From positions 1 to 64,000 of the forward strand of contig JAPEUG010000049.1 in the NCBI GenBank assembly GCA_026025795.1: 64,000 nucleotides of DNA, written 5' to 3'. This DNA is from Thelocarpon superellum (lineage: Eukaryota). The notes under the pieces were generated by a model. That model was not told the DNA's origin, did not search any database, and saw only the letters and a program-made list of their open reading frames with translations. Below, in pieces: positions 61,049 to 64,000 of this stretch. The position numbers were made by a program, and so were the translations under genes. The first letter of the stretch is position 1; every line of letters begins with the position of its first letter.

Positions 61049-61585
61049 TCACATCAACACCTTTGGCGCCAGTGGAACAAGCAGTGCCACGGCCACGGCC
61101 ACGGCCTCGAGCTGAGCTGCGATGATACGCGAGACAGCGGTTTTGTTGGTAGTGGCTGGCGTGGTTGTGCCTCCACTGGCGAAGGCAATACTCCATATGC
61201 TCGGGGCCGACGGAGCGGCGACTGAAGTCATGATAGGCGTCATCGAAGGTGAGATGGCGGAAGATGACGTCATGGACGTCATGGATGACGTGGTGGACGA
61301 CGTGGACGACTTGATAGAGGACAACGTTGTGGTCGGGGTCGTGAATATGGTGCTGAAAAGTGTGGGAAACACGGTGGGAATCGTAAGGAAGGTAATGGGG
61401 ATTGATAAGGATAGAGTTGGGAAGGCGTGGAAAGGATCTGTGGGAGGAGAAACGTAGGTAGAGTCTGTGACGGTGGTCTCTATTAGTTGGATGTGATGCT
61501 GTAGCCTCCTTCACCAGCGCATTCTTCTCCGTTGGGGCAGCACCCGAATCAACGCAATAGGATCCACGCGGACATCCTCCTGGCC
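61049..61585 (-). pseudogene. Degenerate GPI-anchored Cys-rich/Ser-Thr-rich cell-surface protein gene (3' part)
   Basis: After an acceptor at 61586: GGCPRGSYCVD / frameshift / GCCPNGEECAGEGG / stop and frameshift / ETTVTDST...S/T stalk...hydrophobic C-terminus AVAVAVALLVPL. No intact 5' exon recognised. Confidence 0.55.
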
Positions 61586-64000
61586 CTGCTCCATGATCAG
61601 AATGGCCGCGAAAGGTGTCATGGACGGAATCAAGAAGTGCGAAGGCCTTGGAAGAGCGCTGGACAGGATAAGAACAGTCAGAGGGGGTTGAGAGGCCGAA
61701 TGAAGTGCGAGGTGCCTTGGAGTTCAGGGAGAGTTCATAGCTGGAGGTCGCTGTATCTCATCACCCGTGCAGCCAGAGAGGGTTAAGGGTCAAGGGTCGT
61801 CCGTATGGAGGACCAGGACTTCTGAAGACATCGGGCACCACAGTGGGCGATCGACTTTTCCATAACGTAGGTGCCAAGGAAATATGCAAGAGCAGCTCCC
61901 ATCAAGACGGCTGCATTGGCTCGCCTTCCCTGCGGTGTCTGGCCCGAGAGCGAAAGAAGCAAGAGACCTGCCTCGATTACCTGCCTATCGGCAAGGTGGG
62001 TAGGTGGAGACGGCAGGGAAAAGCAAAGAATGCAGGGCCTACACGCTGGAAGGGATGTCTGATGCTTGCAGGAAAATATCTGTACGACCACATCACTGCT
62101 CTAGCTGGGAAACAGACGAGGCTGTACATTCAGCCGGCACTGGTCGACGTGCCCCGGTTGCGAGCAGGAGCAGGATGTCCAAATAGCTCCATGTGCCAAG
62201 AGACGCCTCTGGCAACCAAGGACGATCGCTCCTTGTTTCGTCAATCCACATGGCGCTCCAAGTTTGCGTGCAACATGGGAGCAAGAACAATGGTGGGGCT
62301 GTGCGCGCCTGGTCCGGTCGATGGGGCCAAGTCTCGTTGTGTCGCGCGTGTCTGGAGCCTGGAGTGGGAGGTACATGGTGCACACTGTATTCTAGTCGAT
62401 ACGCCACCTGCGGATCGACCATGCGGCCCATGGTTTGCGTCCTCGCTGCCGTCTTGGCACTCTCTCAACCGTTGGGGAAGGAGCGTTCCCTTGATGAGTG
62501 GCTGCAGAGAGCGAGAAGTTGTTATTAGCATGTTTCACAGAAGGCCTGCATCCTGGAGAAATACGATTGGTTTTCCGCCTTACTTTCACCCGTTGAAGGT
62601 TCAGGTAGGGTTCCCTCTTGGATTCAGCTAATTGGACCAATCACAATGGAGGGTGAAGATGGTGAATTGAGCTATCTGTTAGACGACCCTTTTTATAGTA
62701 GTTAGTAGTTAATTAGGTAAGAGAACACGTGATCGCCCATATCCTCCACAGCGTCTACGACCGCTGCCAGTCAGCGGGCCAGCCACTGTGGCGTTCAGCT
62801 GCACTGCAGCTTGCCTCATGGTGCCACTGGGTGGCATACCCCGCTGATGCATGATAGGCACGGATACAATGGACAGAGGGCATTGTTTGCAGAAGAGCAC
62901 CAACGTACGAGACGCGAGACCAAGCCCTGCAGACAGTCATGTTTGTGAGGCGGCCAGCAAAAATCTATGCCAGAGTTTTGGTATGTGAACGTAACAGAGT
63001 GCCAGCAGCTCCCGGCTGGCACAGACTTCTGCTGCCCGCCTCGCGCCTCGCGCCTCGCGCCTCGCTCCTCGCTCCACCTCGCCTAGTCATGAGCTCTGCT
63101 CGTGACCAGTCTCTCTTCTCTTCTCCAAGAATCAATGTTGCTAGTACAAGCGACCTCAGTTAATGAGCAATCCCATCAAGCATGTCATATGTCTAATCTC
63201 TAATCTCTACTTATACATCAGAAGGGTGAATACTTTCGCTACATGCTATGATCAAGTTTGACAAGCTTTGTGGGGACAGCACCATATCCCGCTCTAATTC
63301 GTCGTTCCACCAACACACCACAACCGCATTGCGTCCTATCTATTCACGCCTTGGAGCCCACACTCTTGGGCGACATGCTGGTCCTCGCTAGCGATGGCTT
63401 CGGCACGGATCAGGACCTCACGGGGGACATCGACGTCAGTCCGCTTGCCCCGCTACGATACCAGTTCGCTAGCTCCGGCTTGTCGTATCTTTGCTGAAAG
63501 CGATTGGGAGCGTTGGGGCATGTTGCGCTGCGCTGTGCTGCGATTACCCTTCGTTGGTAGTGCACCGCGGCTGGGCTGGATATATCGGCGCTTGCATTGC
63601 ATCCGAGCTTGTGACGGCGTTTTGGCGGCGGTGGGATACCAAGGCCCGCACACTGTCCACTGGTTTTAGGGGGACGATCGAAAAAAGCGTCTTAGATGTC
63701 AGATAGTTATAAGATATCAGATATCAGATATGGATGGATGAATGTATGAATGGACGGAGCAAGATGCTTGTTCTCAAATGAACTGCCTTGGTAGTCGTAC
63801 TAGCACTAGCACTGGCTACCTCACGTCGCACGAGTTGAATCGCCGACGGCGCGACACCACCCTCCTTCATCAGGGGCAGACCGGGTTAAAACTGGCCTCA
63901 TCCCCTTGCCACCTGCCCTCCTACACCTGTGCCTGCACCGCTTCATCTCACTCCGAAGCTTACTCCGAAGCTCACGGGAACAGCTTGTGCTCGAGCGTCA

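Noticed and set aside
61843..62631. 262-aa plus-strand ORF
   Set aside because: GTG start, random-like composition without the codon bias of real genes here, and no motif.

Overview
Gene-dense, GC-rich region of a filamentous ascomycete (Pezizomycotina) genome. It has short GT-AG spliceosomal introns with CTRAY branch points, so the ORF track fragments most genes; I rebuilt the exon structures by hand. About 29 protein-coding genes are supported. Housekeeping genes: THOC5-like (partial), IZH3-type PAQR, TRM140, COQ10, SOD-fold mitoribosomal protein, RIB1, thioredoxin-like, UBR7/Mlo2, MCM2, ARP2, PMI40, SGF29, ARF6, DCTN5, SSN3/CDK8, a VPS73-like sugar porter and an EamA transporter. Accessory genes: an AKR7 + Zn2Cys6 TF + SDR trio, a galactose oxidase (AA5_2), a Cys-rich secreted protein, a BTB-SH3 protein, an F-box-like protein, an OYE, a DCG1-like racemase and two type I membrane proteins. 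I found no tRNA, rRNA, intact transposon or CRISPR array. The most striking signal is a truncated MFS pseudogene (38.0-38.8 kb) whose inferred substitutions are almost all CpG->CpA/TpG. That points to CpG-directed mutation rather than classical CpA RIP. It lies in a ~6.5 kb accessory island with the galactose oxidase and the secreted protein. Also notable are three twin CACGTG elements with 5-7 nt spacers, a decayed GPI-protein gene and several candidate spliced uORFs. Family assignments come from recalled motifs, not from searches.
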